From: Nemertoderma westbladi
Taxonomy: Eukaryota; Animalia; Xenacoelomorpha
Length of the DNA: 64,000 nucleotides
Direction of reading: 5' to 3'
NCBI GenBank assembly: GCA_032718475.1
Contig: JAUCBJ010007299.1
Coordinates: 1-64,000, forward strand
Part shown: positions 47,377 to 61,349 of the stretch, piece by piece
Layout of the letters: every line of letters starts with the position of its first letter
Position numbering within the stretch: position 1 is the first letter of the stretch
Notes under the pieces: model-generated
What the model saw: only the letters and a program-made list of their open reading frames with translations
Databases searched by the model: none
Told to the model about the DNA's origin: nothing
Made by a program: the position numbers and the translations under genes

Positions 47377-48440
47377 CTCATCTGCATTATCTAGACTATA
47401 GAATGTTTCAACAGACATTAACGGAATATTAATGGATGACCAGAACGTTTCTTCTCACCAGCCGAGTGCCTATAGAACAAGATCATGCATAGCCAGATCA
47501 GGTGTCAAGTCTCATACATTTTCGTACATGTAGAGTGGTGCTGCAATAATACTACCGAGATTGCACAATGCCTTCTTAGTTAGTTAAATGAGCTATTTTT
47601 TACCATGAACCTTGTGTAACATTCTTGTGTATGTAGCATCAAGCTTTTATCTAACTTGATAGTTAATTAAAATATTTTTAATTCATTCAATTTTAATTCA
47701 TCCTGTTGTTGCCCAAACTAACATTTAAAAATGTTAAATTTTGTTTTTTAATAAAAAAAAAACAGATTTGGGTACCTTCCTCTGTATGGAGAATGTGGTT
47801 GGGGTTCATATATGTCAACTTCAGTTATACATTTGTGGTGCCTAGATCCCTGCACTCTTCTGTACCAAAATGACTAAATTTCAGGAATATTAGTAGCTTT
47901 GAAGAACACTCAATTTTGAAAAAACTCTATGCACCCTATTGTTATCATTGAAATTAAATTAAATGAAGAGTCCTCCGTCGCTATTGGCATGGGTGTGTTT
48001 ATGCTTTCTGGTGTCTTTCGTTTGATTTCTGTAAGACCCCTCGACCACGATGACTAAAAATGCAATTTTGAAATAAGGTCAATTTCATGTAAAAAATATG
48101 CAAACAACATTAAAAAGTGTAATATGTGGATTTGAAATAATAAATGAACCTAGTTTGAAAAACTGAGAGTGAGAATGTCATAATTTACATTGCCGTATTA
48201 TTTATGTATTTTGTGTATTTAAAAAAAAATAATAGAAATCTAGAAACCTAGTTGAATATTTCCCCATCAAATATTTTATTAGTTTATATATTTGTGTTTC
48301 TGTCATAGTAAGTCTGCCTACGGTAGGTAAATCTGTTTATAAATAATGTTAATGTATGCAGCAGATGGAGCATTTTCCTTGATTCTAATAATAATAAAAT
48401 ATAGATCGAATGCGTTTTTAATGTGAGTCACTTATTTTAC

Positions 48441-48570
48441 TTCCCTCTCCTCTACAGGCAGTCAGTCAAGTTGGGATCTAAATTCCCTCTATAAGTATAA
48501 AAGAAACTGTTTCTTTTATAAGTTTAGAGGGAATTTAGACCCCAACCTGACTGCCTGAAGAGGAGAGAGA
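48441..48570. mobile_element. About 130-bp hairpin/MITE-like element
   Basis: Inverted arms ctctcctctacaggcagtcag..aaattccctcta..tataaaagaaac / gtttcttttata..tagagggaattt..ctgactgcctgaagaggagag. Confidence 0.65.
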
Positions 48571-48599
48571 ACTGATAATGTATGACGAGGGTAATAAAT

Positions 48600-48992
48600 A
48601 AGCCAATGACGACAGCGACTAAATTTAATACGTAGAGAACTACAATGAACCCCGACTTGGAACCACACCCCATTTACTCCTGTTTAAATCCGCTTATCCC
48701 CGATTACAACAGAAAACATTTCACTAAATTGCGTCTAATGTCCCACAGACTTAAGTTTAAAACGGGTCGTTGGAGTCGCATCCCTCCTGAGCTACGTATC
48801 TGCTGCTGTAACACGAACCTAGTACAAGACGAGCCTCACGTACTATTATTTTGTCACCTGACGGATGATATACGAATAGAATACGGACTAAAATGTAATA
48901 GTTTGATAGACTTGTTTAAAGAAACGTACAGTACACCGTTACTACTATGTAAATTTATTGAAGCAGTATTAAACGTTTATTCGAATAATTAA
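48600..48992 (+). mobile_element. 5'-truncated LINE (L2/CR1-group-like) ORF2 C-terminus
   Basis: LRLMSHRLKFKTGRWSRIPPELRICCC..VQDEPHVLLFC matches the C-terminal Cys/His motif of such elements. AT-rich tail follows. Confidence 0.65.
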
Positions 48993-51565
48993 TTAATAAG
49001 AAATAATAATATTAGTAAGTGTTATTTATTTTATATTTACTTAGTTTGTGCAAAAATTATACTGATTATATTAATATTGCTGTTTGTTGCGATTGTATTA
49101 CATTATTATTAGGCTATACTGTAGTGTGCAAAATATGATTTGGCGGAAATTAAAGCTGAACGGGCCAGTAAACCGTTCACTACTAAAAAACTACTATGTT
49201 TCAAATAATTCCCTGAAGTCGGCTTGTCAACGTTGAGAAACTTATCAACTGTTATATTGTCTTTTATTATTAATATTGTTAGCTTTTACAGTACCAACTT
49301 CGATTAATATGTCAATCGAATCGAATCGAATTAAGATTCCCAAGAAAATTAAAAATTAAATTCAAAATAAAAAATATTACTTTAAAGGATCTCAAAAGCG
49401 CACCAGACACTCAATATAATTGAGTCTGGTGCAATCTATCTCCTACTTAATATGGACCAAGTATATATATCCATTCATTATATCGGGTCAATAACAGCAG
49501 ATGAACAGAATTATATGGGAATGTTATAGATCGTGCACCACACCACCACTTCTGAGTATCTTATCGAGTTAAGGATACGGTATCAAATGAAAGTGTGCTA
49601 CATAAGGGGGCAAGTTTATAACTTTATACAGAAATTTGGTAATGGAGGTCCATCTGCAATAATGAATCGGCTTAAATATGCGAAACAAGTTGAGAATATT
49701 GTAAATTATAAAAGGAGGATATACTGTTCTACACAGAATGTTTAGTACAATCTTTTTGAATTAGTAGTACTGCAACTTCTTAGAAAAATTATCAGTCATC
49801 GAAATGTCCATATATATTTAGTATCTCGTGAAACAATCACTAATTGTAAAGCTGTTGTTCGGTATTCAAGGGGCAAATCGATGTTTATGTTCTATGATAT
49901 CACATTAGTATTGCAGAATTATTATTTGTCACTTGAATAGCATATTGTTGCACTATGATGGACAGTGAAACCTATTATACCACTCTTATTTTCTACATGA
50001 ATTCAAGGATGCTACGTTTCATGATGACTTTTGGCAGTACATGAGAACTGAGTTTCTCATGTTTTTAGATTAAGCGAAAGTAAATATAGTTTCCGATTGT
50101 GAGTACAAGTTAGACAATTTATTGTTTTGCTAATAGTTGTTATATATATATATTGCTTACAACCATTTAAAACGTAATTTGCTTTTACATATGAAATCTA
50201 GCCGGTCATTCGCAAATGAACAACTAGATGAGGCCAAATGGATTTACAATACTGGCAAATTAACATTGTAGTATATTTCCGTTAGAAACCAAATATTTGG
50301 AAATGGAAACAGTCGTTTTGGTTTAATAACAAGGATTTACAGGAATACTTATTCACACATTATTTGCAGTCAAGAATTGTAGAGGTTGCTTCTTGTGTTC
50401 TAGTGAAGTAACGAATCATAAACAATGCTTCAGAGAGATCCAATGCAGTATTGCATCGGTTTACAGTGTGTCATGTGTGCCTTATAGATCATTGGTGAAA
50501 TAAGGTGGTTTCCTAAAGGGGGGTTCTCTGATTGTGTAACATTTCTATGTTGCAACAAGTGTTGCACTGATGGAGTGAATCAGCATGCATTCTTATCTTT
50601 CCTGTGTAAATTAATGCCAGTCTCCATCGCTCCTCAACATCATCATGGGTCTACATACAGCAATAGTGTCAACCGAAATTCCGTCCATCTTCAGGATTTT
50701 ATCTTTGGTATGGTAATGGATTGTTTTCGGCTGGGACCCAATTCCAGAACCAAACTGGAAAGCTGTAGACACATACTGGACCTAGTGGTCACAAGTCACA
50801 GGTAACATTATGTTTCGTAAGAACTACAGGAGATCTATACATGACTGTACAGGATTTTCTCTTCACACCTTCACCAGTGATCATCGTCTGATTGTGGCGA
50901 AGAATAAGACTTAGTCTCCGCGCTAGCAGAACTTGCCATGATTGGTCCTCTCTATTGCAACAGCCCAGTGTCATATCCAGCTCCACACTAGAGCTGAGCA
51001 ACAGGTATACTGTTACTATTTGCGGTGAATACTTGCGAATATTAAATACTATTTGCAGTGAATACTTGCGAATATTAAATACTGTTTGTGGTAAATACTT
51101 ATATTTAAGTTTTAATTGCTCTTATCGAACAATAATATCCATTAGATATACAGATTTTGTTAAATCATTGTTGTTATTAAATTACTTATATTTCAGTTTC
51201 AATTATTGTTTTCGAAAAATAAAACCTATTTAGATTAGACTTTGTAAAATTGTATTATTTATAAATTAGGTTATCACTGTTGTATGAACAGACATAAGAA
51301 CATGGGAGATCAGAACCACAACACCCCCCCCCCCCCCCCCCACCCATCAATTTGATGAATATAATTTGGCGAATTCAAGTATAAATTATTAGAGTTTCCA
51401 GCTTTAGATTGAAATCAACTTTTGCGAAGATGATGTGAATTCCATAATACACATAAATTATCTAGTTCTCTTTGTACCCAAATATACAAATCGTATTATC
51501 TCTATAATGCATAAGATTTTTTGTATCAATGTAGCCATCAATGTCCAGTATTTCAAAGTGTTTAA

Positions 51566-52314
51566 GGGATAGTTATAAACCCCGAAAATACCGAAAAAGA
51601 CTAAATTATTAACGAAAATATCGAAATTATATAACTTCAAATAAAATCTCAATTTCCAGTGAGATCGGTATTATTAGAAGGCACACTTTACGTTTCGACC
51701 CTAAAATTTAATACCAAATACTGTCTCTGCTGATTGGTTATTAGGGGTAATCCAATGATGGCAAAACACCACAAGATGGCGCTCAAATTAGGACAGCGCA
51801 GTCAGAGTGTAGGCCTACTGCATTGCGACTGCTGCACAGTAGCACAGTAGCTCTGTGTAGTTACGTTCACCATTCAGCCTGTTCACATCGTCACTTGCCT
51901 GGCAGTCACTGTACAGTGTACACCTGTAACGCGGAGGTACCGTACGCCGTAATGCATATGCAGTGTTGGGTTAGGGTACCGGCTGACCGGACCGGTTCCC
52001 TTAACTTTATCCCTTCAGGCTGTGACATGCTTGTAATACACTAGAACACTGATCAGCTGATGCTGAATTGATTAATCCAAGCCGCCATTGGTCAACACCC
52101 AACAACCAACTAGCAGACAGTATTTGGTATTAAATTTCTTTTAAGGTCGAAAATGGGGCGAAATTTTCGGATTTTATTAATTAAAAACTGTAAAGTGTGC
52201 CTTCTAATAATATCGATCTTACTGAAAAGCGAGATTTTGTAGATTGTTTAATAATTTCGATAGTTTCGTTGATAATTTCGCCTTTGTCGATATTTTCGGG
52301 TTTTATAACTATCC
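51566..52314. mobile_element. Non-autonomous TIR element (TTAA-GGG left end, Kolobok-like)
   Basis: About 190-bp degenerate TIRs (ggatagttataaaccccgaaaata / tattttcgggttttataactatcc). The right end abuts a Gypsy LTR. Confidence 0.6.
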
Positions 52315-52315
52315 G

Positions 52316-52518
52316 TGTGTAAGTTATTGATACATTCCCAGTTGTATCTGTGTTCTATTCGTTACCAGAATAAACGGTAGGTACTTCAGTACTTAATAAG
52401 CCATATATTTTCCTGTCTCAACACAACACAACAGCTACCGGTAGAAGATAGTCAGTCCATACAATACTGATAAGTTACCAATAGTAACAGTATAGAGTTA
52501 GATACAGTACAGATCCCA
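52316..52518 (-). repeat. Putative 3' LTR of the Gypsy relic (203 bp)
   Basis: TG...CA on the minus strand, preceded by the purine tract AGAAAGAAAAGAAGGTGA. No partner LTR in the window. Confidence 0.55.
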
Positions 52519-52565
52519 TCACCTTCTTTTCTTTCTGAGTTTAAAACATCAGGTTAAAACTGAAA

Positions 52566-55112
52566 CTAAACTTTGAATCTAACCACGGATTTTATCTCTC
52601 CGCAACTGCGTCGCAAAATAGGTTTAAGAATCGAACGAGTAATAACACGTTTTACAGGTAATACTGGAACTGGAGGTGTGAGTATCTCGTGATTTAAAGG
52701 AGTCACTGATTCGACTCGGCGATGCAAGAAACGACGTAATATGCGACCGGATGGGAGTTTGACTTGGTAGTCCCGGTGTTGTCCCTTCTCCACTATCACA
52801 CCAGTCCTCGACCATAGTTTCGACCGTTTGTTTTGAATAACGACCTTTGTCCCAACCTCAAGTTCTGATAGAGTTCTTGCCGTGCGATCATAACGAAGTT
52901 TTGCTAACTTTGACGCACGCCACACAGTTTCGTCTGCTTTGTCAGCATTTACCTGCCAATTTTTATCAAAGGCACGGTGGTGCATTGGTACGCTGGATCG
53001 CATTGGATGACCATATACGATTTCACTAGGAGAATGGCTATCCTCCGTGGGGTATTCCTAAGTTCTAATAGTCCTTGAAGGAATTTTTTGGTATCGATTC
53101 TTCTAGCATCAGCCTTTCCAACAAGTTGCTTCAATATCTGCACCGTTACTTCGGTGTGGCCATTTGATTGACTATATTCGGGAGAGGATAGTACCAATTC
53201 CACATTCCAAAAGAAAAGAAAATCTCGGAAAACTTTTGAATCAAATTGAGGCCCGCCATATGTCCCGTAGTCCCAAAAATATAAAATATTTACGAATCTT
53301 CGTCCCAACCTGCAAAGAAGTAGGATCATCACGCCATTGCGTGACAAATGGAAAGCCTGATAGCCTATTGAGTAGATACGTTTTACCCCCGAAGTAAAAT
53401 AGATCCGCTGAAACGGGTTCAAAAATTCTGGAGGGGATAGGCTCTGATACTAAGGGCTCTTTGATGTTGCTAGGCAACCGATATTGACAATTTTCACATG
53501 ATTCTACAGTTTGTTTGATTTCATTATCAATTCCAGGCCAATAAACCGATTGTTGCGCTCGTCGTTTCGTATGCTCTATTCCCTGATGAGAGGAATGTAG
53601 GTGTTTCAAAACATCAGCCCAACAGCCTTTGGAATTATTATACGTTGACCTATAATGACCACGCCGTCCTCAACTGATAACTCATTCCACATTTTTTTTA
53701 CTTGCTGCACGAAATAATTATCACTTTCAGGTGTTTGAAAATCTTTCTCAATTGCATTTATCAATACTTGATAATCACTATCCTCTCTAGCAACAATCTT
53801 GAATTGTTCTAGAATTGGGTCTTTATAATATTTATTTTCTTTCTTAGGTTTGGAAAATTCATCATTAATATTGTCAACAGCTGTTTGAAACACAGCTGTG
53901 GCCACATCTACTGGGAATTCGTCATCGTCGACGTCATCACTGTGTGGGTCGAAAACTGGGGCCCTGGATATTGCATCTGCAATGCAATTATCTTTGCCTT
54001 CTTTCCACTCAAGAGTATAATTGTAAGCAGACAATTTCATTTTGTAGTTCAATATTCTAACATTATCGATCATGTCGTAGGTGTATTTTTCATAATAGGA
54101 AGTAAAGGGCGGTGGTTTACTACCACAGTAAAATGCTGTAAACCCTGTAGATACAACCGACATTATGTTTATTGCCCATTGTATCCCAAGACATTCAAGT
54201 TCAATAACAGCATATCAACTCGCAATCTCGCAAAAATCGGGACCCGCATTGGACCAATCTAAAATCGTCATCTGTTTTACGTTTTTGCAACAGCGAAAAA
54301 CCTAGTCCGCCAGGTTTCTTTGCGGCGTCCGTTTCCAGTTTAATCTCTGCCGTTTTATCAAAATTCGCTAACAAAGGGAGTGTCACAAGAGCTAACTTAA
54401 CGTTTTTGAAAGCAATCTCGTGCACCGGGGTTCAAACCAACACATTCTTTACTTTCAATATATCACGTAGTGCAATATATCACATAGTGGACTAGCCATT
54501 GCAAACTAATTTTTCGAGTAAATTGTGATAGCTGTTGAACTAAACCTAAGAAAGATATGAGCTCCATACTATTGGTAGGGGATGGGAAGTCTGCTATAGC
54601 ACTGACCTTGTCAGGGTCCGCATTTATACCATTAGCCGATATTAAATAACCACCGAATTTCACTTATTATGCCCCAACTTGAATTTCTTTGGATTTATTG
54701 TAATATCAAATTTTGCGCATCGTTCTAGAATATCACATACTAAATTTATGTGAGTTTTAAAGTTGCTACTAGCCAGAACCATGCCGTCTGCTAGTCTATA
54801 GGTTTCTTCAGTTAGACCTGTTAATGCCATATCAATGCACAAATTATACGCATCACCCGTGGTAATGTAACCCTTGGGAGCACGGTTATACACAAATCTA
54901 CCCCATGGTGTAATAAAACACGTGAGGTCACGAGCCTCTGTGGCCAAAAGGGGATCTGCCAATACGCCGTTTTGGCATCCAGGGTGCTAAAATAATTGCA
55001 ATCTGGAGGGATTTCGGCCAGCACCTCACTGGGAGAAGTACTGGGGAGAACAACTCTTTTTACTTGACGATTTAAATTAGTCAAGTCGACACAGATTCTA
55101 AGGCTGCCATCA
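52566..55112 (-). pseudogene. Decayed Ty3/Gypsy pol (RT-RNase H-integrase), 5'-truncated, many frameshifts
   Basis: RICVDLTNLNRQVKR, FSTLDAKTAYWQIP, ETDAAKKPGGLG, NCIADAISRAP, HSSHQGIEHTKRRAQQSVYWPGID, GGPQF, SPEYSQSNG. Confidence 0.9.
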
Positions 55113-56009
55113 TATATATCCGTATAAGGAATCGTGGACAGCCAACAGGAATTTAATGAAATAAATAATTATCTAACTAGACATCTCAAACTTGTATTTT
55201 TCAGAAGTGGGTGCAAAATTTGGTGCTAGCACCAAATTTTGAACCACCGAACACCAACAAATATATCAATTGATTGTTTCACATTGTTTCTTGCGTTATA
55301 CGGGTTTGTAAGGGTTCTGAATTCAATGGAATATGTAAATATATGAATGGAATTGAAAAGTTGAAAATATGAAAAATAAATTTATATAATTTAATGTTGG
55401 CCAGTAATCTACCAAGTTTCTAAACGGATTGTAAATAACAAAGTTGGGGAAAATGTTCTCTTTCAGACATTTTGCCCCCTATCAACAGACTGGAGAAACG
55501 CAGACTGGTAGGTCCTTCTAAACTTATGATCAGGTATATATATCTGCAAAGTGTCAGTTACAACAGACTGAGTCTGATGGTGCAACTGCTGAAATAGGCC
55601 TACAGTAATACAGTTTCTTGCCAGTTGACCAGCAATTTGGCCGAAAACGACTACAGAATAGCCCAATTTGACCACAACTACGCATTCACCAAGGGCTTAC
55701 TCCACTCCACAGGCATCTGGGCTGGGCAATACGTAAAATTACCTTCGAGATAATGACGGTTCATGCTCACGTGCTTACGACGATATGCATCAAATAGACG
55801 TGCAAGATAGTGACAAAATAAGCCCCAATCTGTAGAGTGACAGACTACAGGACTACAGGTCTACCTCGACCTCACGCAAACAATAAACGTGCAAAATAAC
55901 ACCCGGAGACAGTGACAGCTGTCTGCATCGTGTTATTACGCATCGAATAAGCCACAAAGCAAGGAATGAGAGCGAAATCTGACGACGTGAATCGATGGAC
56001 ATACATACT

Positions 56010-57976
56010 GACAGCGGATCGGAGCTCCGGCCTCCGGCTCCGGCTCCGGCCATTTTGGCACCTCCGGCTCCTGCTCCGGCTCCGGTAAAAATATTGCCGG
56101 AGTTAATTTTTTAATAAAGTATTATATTTCGTGCGGGTTTGACTAAATACGCCACCGACAACCACCGACACCTTTCGCATACCACCGACAACCACCGACA
56201 ACAAAAGACACAAACCGACACAAACCGACAGGTAAAATCACAAACCGACAGTATACTGACAACTTCGGCAATGTTAGTAAACTATTTCAGTACATGATTA
56301 TACAATTTTTATTTCCAGTCCTAATATTTATAACAAATTATACCCAGTAAAAAATCCCCATGCGTAACGCATTAGTGCCACATACAACATTCGTAAAAGG
56401 CTGAAAGGTGCGTGGAATGTTATTTAAGATTCGTGAAGCCTTCGTCTGTGGTTCGTCAGTCCGAATAATTTAGGTAACGAATGCGTATAGTATTCGTATC
56501 GCATGTGAGATTTCACTTGTCAGTTGTCAATATATTCGACTCGATTCGTGGCTCATCATTTGTGGCACATGTGATACGAATGCTTGGAAGCATTCGTATA
56601 AAGCAGTATCGCAAAAAATAATTCGTGGTTCATTCGTTCGTGGCACATCATGCATAGCTGATAGCCGCGCCACGCTTAAAATTATTCGTGGTCCATTCTT
56701 GATGTGACGCATGCGATACGCGTGCAAAGCATTCTCAATTAGAGTACATACTGTAATTTGGCCAATCACAATTCGGCAAATAATCGAACATGGTGTTATT
56801 TAGTTAGTATCGTTCAAAGGCGCTTTGAAAGCTTATGTAAACCTGTTCCCTTTACCAACATGCTTTATATAATATCTAGAGGTAATGTACTGCAGGCTAG
56901 GTGAGATAAATAAAATGACAACATAAAACTACTGCAGTAGGCTAACTTACTGACTTAGGGAACTACAGTATGTATGTAGGCACCGACCCCCCCCCCCCCC
57001 CCCCCCCCCCCTGCACCCGTAGTTATACATATTTGTAGTATTAGTAGTCATATTTGGACTGGAAATAAAAATTGTATAATCATGTACTGAACTGCTGAAA
57101 TAGTTTACCTAACATTGCCGAAGTTGTCGGTTTGTGATTTTACCTGTCGGTTTGTGTCGGTTTTGTGTCTTTTGTTGTCGGTGGTTGTCGGTGGTATGCG
57201 AAAGGTGTCGGTGGTTGTCGGTGGCGTATTTAGTCAAACCCATTTCGTGCATATTCTAATCTGAACAATTATTTAACACTATAAGTACTGAAGTACCTAC
57301 TGTACAGCTATAGTACAGCTTCAATATCAAGTATAATCTGATAATACTGCAGTATTTACTTAAAGTCAATGACTGACTGTACTGCAGTACTGGTACTGGC
57401 CAGCTGGCTGACTAGCAGACTATTACTGTATTACAGTTACAGATAGGCCTGTAGGCCCTACTTTAAAAAATTGTAAATGCTATGATTGTACACTGTCAGA
57501 CTGTACCACTGCACACTGCAGCCATTTACTGCTGTCATGCCAGCAGCCAGCATACTGTACTGCAGTACTGGTACACGTACGGTAGGCTACCTACAGTACA
57601 CACCTCTACCACAGTCAGACAGTTAGCGAGTTAGGTACTGTAGGTAATTTTTAGCCGTCAGCGTCAGGCCGTCGCCGTCAGTATCAGGCCGTTGCCGTCA
57701 GCGTCAGGCCGTCTGTCCGTGATAAATTAATTAGGCCTACTTAAATTTTAAATTGAAAATTCGTAAATCTATAAATTATGAAATTAATTAGACCTACAGT
57801 ATGATTGATTATGAGCGATTGGCGAATGATAACCATACTTTATTTTTTTTTTAAATAAATAATTAAATTTTTAAATTTTTTGAAAAACTCCGGCTCCTGC
57901 TCCGGCTCCGGCCAAATTGTCCAACTCCGGCTCCTGCTCCGGCTCCGGCCAAATCCCAACTCCGATCGAGCCCTAA
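56010..57976. mobile_element. hAT-like non-autonomous element with CTCCGG subterminal repeats
   Basis: (ctccgg)n arrays at both ends. Right end ctccgatcgagcccta; degenerate left end gatcggag. Flanks share actgaca. Confidence 0.5.
56135..57241. mobile_element. Mutator-like MITE nested in the hAT-like element
   Basis: About 190-bp TIRs starting gggtttgactaaatacgccaccgac. Perfect 9-bp TSD ATTTCGTGC (56126-56134, 57242-57250). Confidence 0.85.
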
Positions 57977-58239
57977 CTGACATACATACAAACTGAGCAG
58001 ATTTATATATATTAGATTAGATTGGATATATTTTTTTTGGCGCTGGGCTCTGCTAACTTAATTAAAAAACTACCTTCATTATGCAGAGCAATATTATATG
58101 TGAGTGGTGGTGGTAGCATAGGGCCTAACTTCTAAGGTCAATTGGTTATGTAACATTACTGTACCGTAAATTTTGTTACTGCCAACATCTGGCTTTCATA
58201 TTGTATTAATAACAAGTGAACAAACAGTAGGCCTATGCA

Positions 58240-58545
58240 GAAAATGAAATAAAATACTTTCGAAAAAAAATGAAAAAATACTTACTTTTGAAAAAAAATG
58301 AAAAAAATACTTACTTTTGAAAAAAAATACTTACTTCTTTTGAAAAAATGAAAAAAATACTTAATTAAAAAAAAAAATGATAAAAATACTTACTTTTTCG
58401 AAAAAAATGAAAAAAAATACCGGTACTTACTTTTTCGAAAAAAAGGGAAAAAATACTTTAAAAAAAAATGAAAAAACTACTTATTTTCGAAGAAAAAAAT
58501 TAAAAAAATTCTTACTTTCGAAAAAAATGAAATGACTCGAAAAAG
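58240..58545. repeat. A-rich degenerate tandem repeat (aaaaaaatgaaaaaaatacttactttt)
   Basis: Direct inspection. Confidence 0.75.
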
Positions 58546-58969
58546 TAGTACGGTTTCCTCCCACTTCCTTACAGTAGATAATTGTTATTGTTATCTAAAA
58601 TTGGGGGGCTTTTTCTCTGGTATAGATAGATCAGTTTATTAGGTTACAGGTTACTTAATTAAACAGTAATTAAACACTTAAAAAAACAGGTAGCAGCGGT
58701 AGGTTTAGCTGCCACAGTAAAGTACCGGTACCCTAAAACCCAGAAAGAACTGGGTGTATGGGTAGTGAGTGAGTAGGGGGCCTACAGACAGAATGAGTAA
58801 TGGTCTGTGTTTGTCATTATTTTATTTCTGTATTTAATACCGGTACTTTGGTAGTTCGGTACCAAGGACTACTCTACTATCTCAGTACTAGAGTATACTC
58901 TAGTAGAGTAGTCCCATGGCCTACTATATATATAGTAGGCCATGGCCATGGTAGTCCTTGTTCGGTACC

Positions 58970-59333
58970 GGGTGACAGACCGAACGTAATCGGGATCGAA
59001 TGTAACATAGTTTTTACGAATCGAACGTAACCTCAATTATTTACTCAATTATTACCTTTAAATAAAAGTAACCTGCATAATCTTGTAACATGTGTTAACT
59101 TTCGTTTATTGTTTTGGTTCCCCCAACACGCCCCTGTAACCCTGTAACCTGCTCCTTTAAATCTGTAAATGGCAATGTTACATTCGAGCATAGTAATTTG
59201 TAGATCGAATGAAACATAGTTATAGCAGTATAGGGCAGTAGGGTCCAATGTAACATAATTGCGGTTACGTTCGATACGTACAGACGTAATAAATATGTTA
59301 CATTCGATCCTGATTACGTTCGGTCATGTATCC
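58970..59333. mobile_element. Mutator-like MITE just upstream of TBCCD1
   Basis: TIRs gaccgaacgtaatcgggatcgaatgtaacata / tatgttacattcgatcctgattacgttcggtc. 9-bp TSD TTCGGTACC (58961-58969, 59334-59342). Confidence 0.8.
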
Positions 59334-59445
59334 TTCGGTACCGGTACTTACTTGGTTGGTACCGTACTGTCGTCACTATGGTAACTGGTAGGCCAATGTG
59401 GTGGTGATTGATGTCTGTCTGTCTATGCCAACTGTCTAGTGCATA

Positions 59446-61155
59446 ATGGCGTCCTTAAAACTTTGGGTGAACCCTGATCCTTTTGTTATCGGAGTTTTAC
59501 CTTCGCCGCCGCATAATAAACTTTCGCCAAGTTATCTAAAGAAAATCGTTACGTATGTGAGAACCCGTGGGAAGGGGGGTTACCCCATAATGACATTCCA
59601 ATCATGGCGACATATCGCCCTAAATAAATTACAAATACCGGAAGATATCGCCATTACCTACTTCGATATCTACACGCTATTACATTATAAAGATCGATCG
59701 TCCTTAACTGAGTCATCTAAATATTCGAGCAAAGCCGAGCTAGTGGCTGCTCGGCAAAACAAATCAGTTGATACGTTGAAATTTCTTTTGTTCTTATACT
59801 TACAGCAAATATCGAAGATATCATTGCGAACGTCGCTAAACGCCGGTGAGGAGTGGCCCTCCTCCCATCGCCTCTCGTCCCGCTCTACTTCCCCGGACTC
59901 GATGCAATCCAAAGGATCGTCCCCGAAGAACCTCGACGAGCAATGCCAGATCCAATTCGTGTTGGACCACCTCGGGGACATGTGTGAGTTGTTGTTGGAC
60001 CCGGAGACCGCCCCTAGATCCCATCGCGACGCCACCCTATCCGCCGATGGTCTCACCGCTCTCTCCTCCCTCGTCCACTGCTCCAGCGGGCCGCGGAACG
60101 CCCTCATCTCGCTACGGGACGCCGCGACCCAACCCGCGTTAACTCACCGCACTGGATACTCAAAGTCTACCGACTCCTTCCTCCTCCACAAACTCGTCGA
60201 TTGGCTCAAAGACAACCTCTCCGCGAACCCCTACGGCATCGGCTGCTGCATCTCCTCCGGTCGTCGTTTCTCCTGGCCCCTCTTCCCTCCCGCACCCAGT
60301 GATGACGTCATCGCCACATCCAGCAAAAGCAACGGTCGGAAACGGCCCTCCGGTCGCATTGCATCCAACATCAACTACGTCACCAAATCGTCGCAGAAGA
60401 CAACGCTCATCTCGCAGTGGTCGCAAGGAACGCTGGCGCGCTCCTCCGAGGTTCTAGAGGATTCCACCGTGAAGCTACACCGCTCTCACGGCTCCCACAT
60501 TTACCTGCTCGCCCCGATGCGAACCGTTAGTGTAGAGAAGTGTCGCAACTCCACTATAGTTTTGGGCGCCGTTGCCACCGTGGTCGTTGTCACTAACTGC
60601 CGCGGTTGCATCGTGGTTACGACCTGCGGCCAGCTGGTCGCCTCGCATTGCGTCGGCTGTACGTTCCATCTGCTGACTCCCCGACCCCCGTTGCTCCTCC
60701 ATGGCAACGAGGGCCTCCGACTCGCCCCATTCCACACGCACTATCCCTCGTTGGAACGCCACATGGAGCAGTGTGGTGTTCCTTCCAGTTGGAACGTCTG
60801 GGACTCGCCCACTCAGATGGGCTCGGTGGCGGAACTTGCCGTGTGGCAGCCGCTGCCGCCCGGTGAGTTCACCACCCTGGTGGTGCCGTTCCGGGGAGAC
60901 TTCGGGCGCACGGAGGGGCTCACTTCCGGGATTCCGGGGGGGCTGCCCGTCGCGTACGAGCGCGCGCTCACACAGCGGGACAAGGTGGTTCGAACGTGGC
61001 AGCGGGTCGTTTCCGACGCGAAACTCTCTAAGGACGACCGCCGTTGTTTCCAGAAGTTTGTGGAAACCCAGTTCCAACAGTGGCTCCTGGAAACCGGAAA
61101 CAAACGCCAAGTCGACAACCTCATACCCCCTAAACCGCCCACAGACACCCCTTGA
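59446..61155 (+). CDS. TBCCD1: TBCC domain-containing protein 1, single coding exon
   Basis: SWRHIALNKLQI, VDTLKFLLFLYLQQ, and the TBCC beta-helix HIYLLAPMRTVSVEKCRNSTIVLG...FHLLTPRPPLLLHGN..LAPFHTHYPSLERHM. Confidence 0.9.
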   Translation: MASLKLWVNPDPFVIGVLPSPPHNKLSPSYLKKIVTYVRTRGKGGYPIMTFQSWRHIALNKLQIPEDIAITYFDIYTLLHYKDRSSLTESSKYSSKAELVAARQNKSVDTLKFLLFLYLQQISKISLRTSLNAGEEWPSSHRLSSRSTSPDSMQSKGSSPKNLDEQCQIQFVLDHLGDMCELLLDPETAPRSHRDATLSADGLTALSSLVHCSSGPRNALISLRDAATQPALTHRTGYSKSTDSFLLHKLVDWLKDNLSANPYGIGCCISSGRRFSWPLFPPAPSDDVIATSSKSNGRKRPSGRIASNINYVTKSSQKTTLISQWSQGTLARSSEVLEDSTVKLHRSHGSHIYLLAPMRTVSVEKCRNSTIVLGAVATVVVVTNCRGCIVVTTCGQLVASHCVGCTFHLLTPRPPLLLHGNEGLRLAPFHTHYPSLERHMEQCGVPSSWNVWDSPTQMGSVAELAVWQPLPPGEFTTLVVPFRGDFGRTEGLTSGIPGGLPVAYERALTQRDKVVRTWQRVVSDAKLSKDDRRCFQKFVETQFQQWLLETGNKRQVDNLIPPKPPTDTP

Positions 61156-61349
61156 ACCTCCCACACCACTTTTTTTTTGTTTAATACAACTTGTTTTACA
61201 CACATAATATTAATTAAATATGTTAAATTAATTGTTTTCTTAATATTTGCCAATACATTGTGGTTTCATCTTCTCGGCTCGGTGCTATTCTACCTAATTC
61301 TTACGGGGTGCGCAATGTCCAGTATATCGTGATAAATGCGCGCTATTTA

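Noticed and set aside
46415-47432. 309-aa and 276-aa repeat ORFs
   Set aside because: Produced by a 69-bp minisatellite that is open in two frames; no independent coding evidence.
59685-61253. Alternative-frame and antisense ORFs over TBCCD1 (likewise over the gag-pol genes)
   Set aside because: Shadow ORFs of GC-rich or repetitive coding sequence with no recognisable motifs.
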